This document shows, in pieces, positions 23,646-24,000 of a stretch of DNA of 24,000 nt. The notes beneath the pieces were generated by a model. That model worked only from the letters and a program-made list of their open reading frames with translations. It did no database searches and had not been told where the DNA came from. The stretch comes from Candidatus Moraniibacteriota bacterium (GTDB lineage Bacteria > Patescibacteriota > Minisyncoccia > Moranbacterales > UBA2206): positions 1,051 to 25,050 of the forward strand of contig JBAXKA010000010.1 of NCBI GenBank assembly GCA_037137555.1, read 5' to 3'. The translations under genes were made by a program, and so were the position numbers. The stretch's first letter is position 1, and each line of letters opens with the position of its first letter.

Positions 23646-23840
23646 ATGCCAAAGCTAAAAACGAAAAAATCTCTATCCAAAAAAATCAAGATCACGAAAA
23701 ATAAGAAAGTGCTTCGCCGATCAACTGGACAAAATCATTACAACTCCAAAGAAAACGGAAAAGTTGGCCGAGAAAAAAAGGGCGACAAACGACTTTTCAA
23801 AGCTGATGAAAAAAATGTTTTGAAAAGAATGCAAGTGTAA
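23646..23840 (+). CDS. rpmI: 50S ribosomal protein L35
   Basis: MPKLKTKKSLSKKIKITKNKKVLRR...HYNSK. It sits between infC and rplT. Confidence 0.95.
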   Translation: MPKLKTKKSLSKKIKITKNKKVLRRSTGQNHYNSKENGKVGREKKGDKRLFKADEKNVLKRMQV

Positions 23841-23871
23841 TTTAAGTTTAATTTTATAATTTTTTAAGTGT

Positions 23872-24000
23872 ATGACCAGAATAAAACGCGGAATGGCCGC
23901 CTCAAAAAGAAGAAAGAATTTACTCGAAGATGCTAAAGGCTTTAAATGGAGAAGAAGTTCCAACTATCGTGCTGCCAAAGAAGCTGTCATTAAAGCTGGC
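23872..24000 (+). CDS. rplT: 50S ribosomal protein L20 (N-terminal part; runs off the window)
   Basis: Not in the ORF track because no stop lies in the window. ATG at 23872 reads MTRIKRGMAASKRRKNLLEDAKGFKWRRSSNYRAAKEAVIKAG, a canonical L20 N-terminus. Confidence 0.93.
   Translation, partial: MTRIKRGMAASKRRKNLLEDAKGFKWRRSSNYRAAKEAVIKAG

Noticed and set aside
1-24000. CRISPR arrays, transposases or integrases, reverse transcriptases, rRNA or canonical tRNA genes, and recoded UGA (code 4 or 25)
   Set aside because: I saw no spaced direct-repeat array and no recombinase or RT motif in any ORF. No cloverleaf of tRNA size with a TTCRA loop turned up outside tmRNA. Conserved proteins are full-length under the standard code, and uppP ends on TGA.

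Overview
AT-rich, tightly packed bacterial housekeeping window read with the standard code (UGA acts as a stop, for example at the end of uppP). The compactness, Lys-rich tails on translation proteins and near absence of Shine-Dalgarno sites suggest a small-genome lineage such as CPR/Patescibacteria; that placement is inference only. Left to right: a minus-strand envelope-glycan operon (WbaP-like initiating transferase, two GT4 glycosyltransferases, a Wzz-like protein, a spermidine-synthase-like methyltransferase) lying just downstream of RNase P RNA. Next come thrS and rpmE, then a small accessory patch (lipoprotein, membrane protein, MntA nucleotidyltransferase with a truncated HepT toxin remnant). 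A minus-strand run lepB-hisS-HIT-rpsU-yqeY follows, then an LCP ligase and pth. After pth sits secE-nusG-rplK-rplA, extended by two accessory genes: a P-loop kinase and a putative BECR/PBECR-like RNase. The window ends with ychF-uppP, rpsF-ssb-rpsR-efp-smpB, tmRNA, and infC-rpmI-rplT. The most interesting locus is 14.5-15.8 kb. There a GC-rich RNA candidate of about 135 nt has its own TTGACA-17-TACAAT promoter, a 20-bp closing helix and a U-tract. I cannot assign it to a known RNA class. It runs convergently into, and overlaps, the 3' end of the nuclease-like gene. Other notable points: rpsU is the only gene with a strong Shine-Dalgarno; the LCP gene looks leaderless; a structured element precedes rpsF; a 398-nt non-coding gap lies upstream of secE; infC starts at AUU 20 nt after tmRNA; EF-P is Arg32-type. 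No CRISPR array, transposase or reverse transcriptase was seen.
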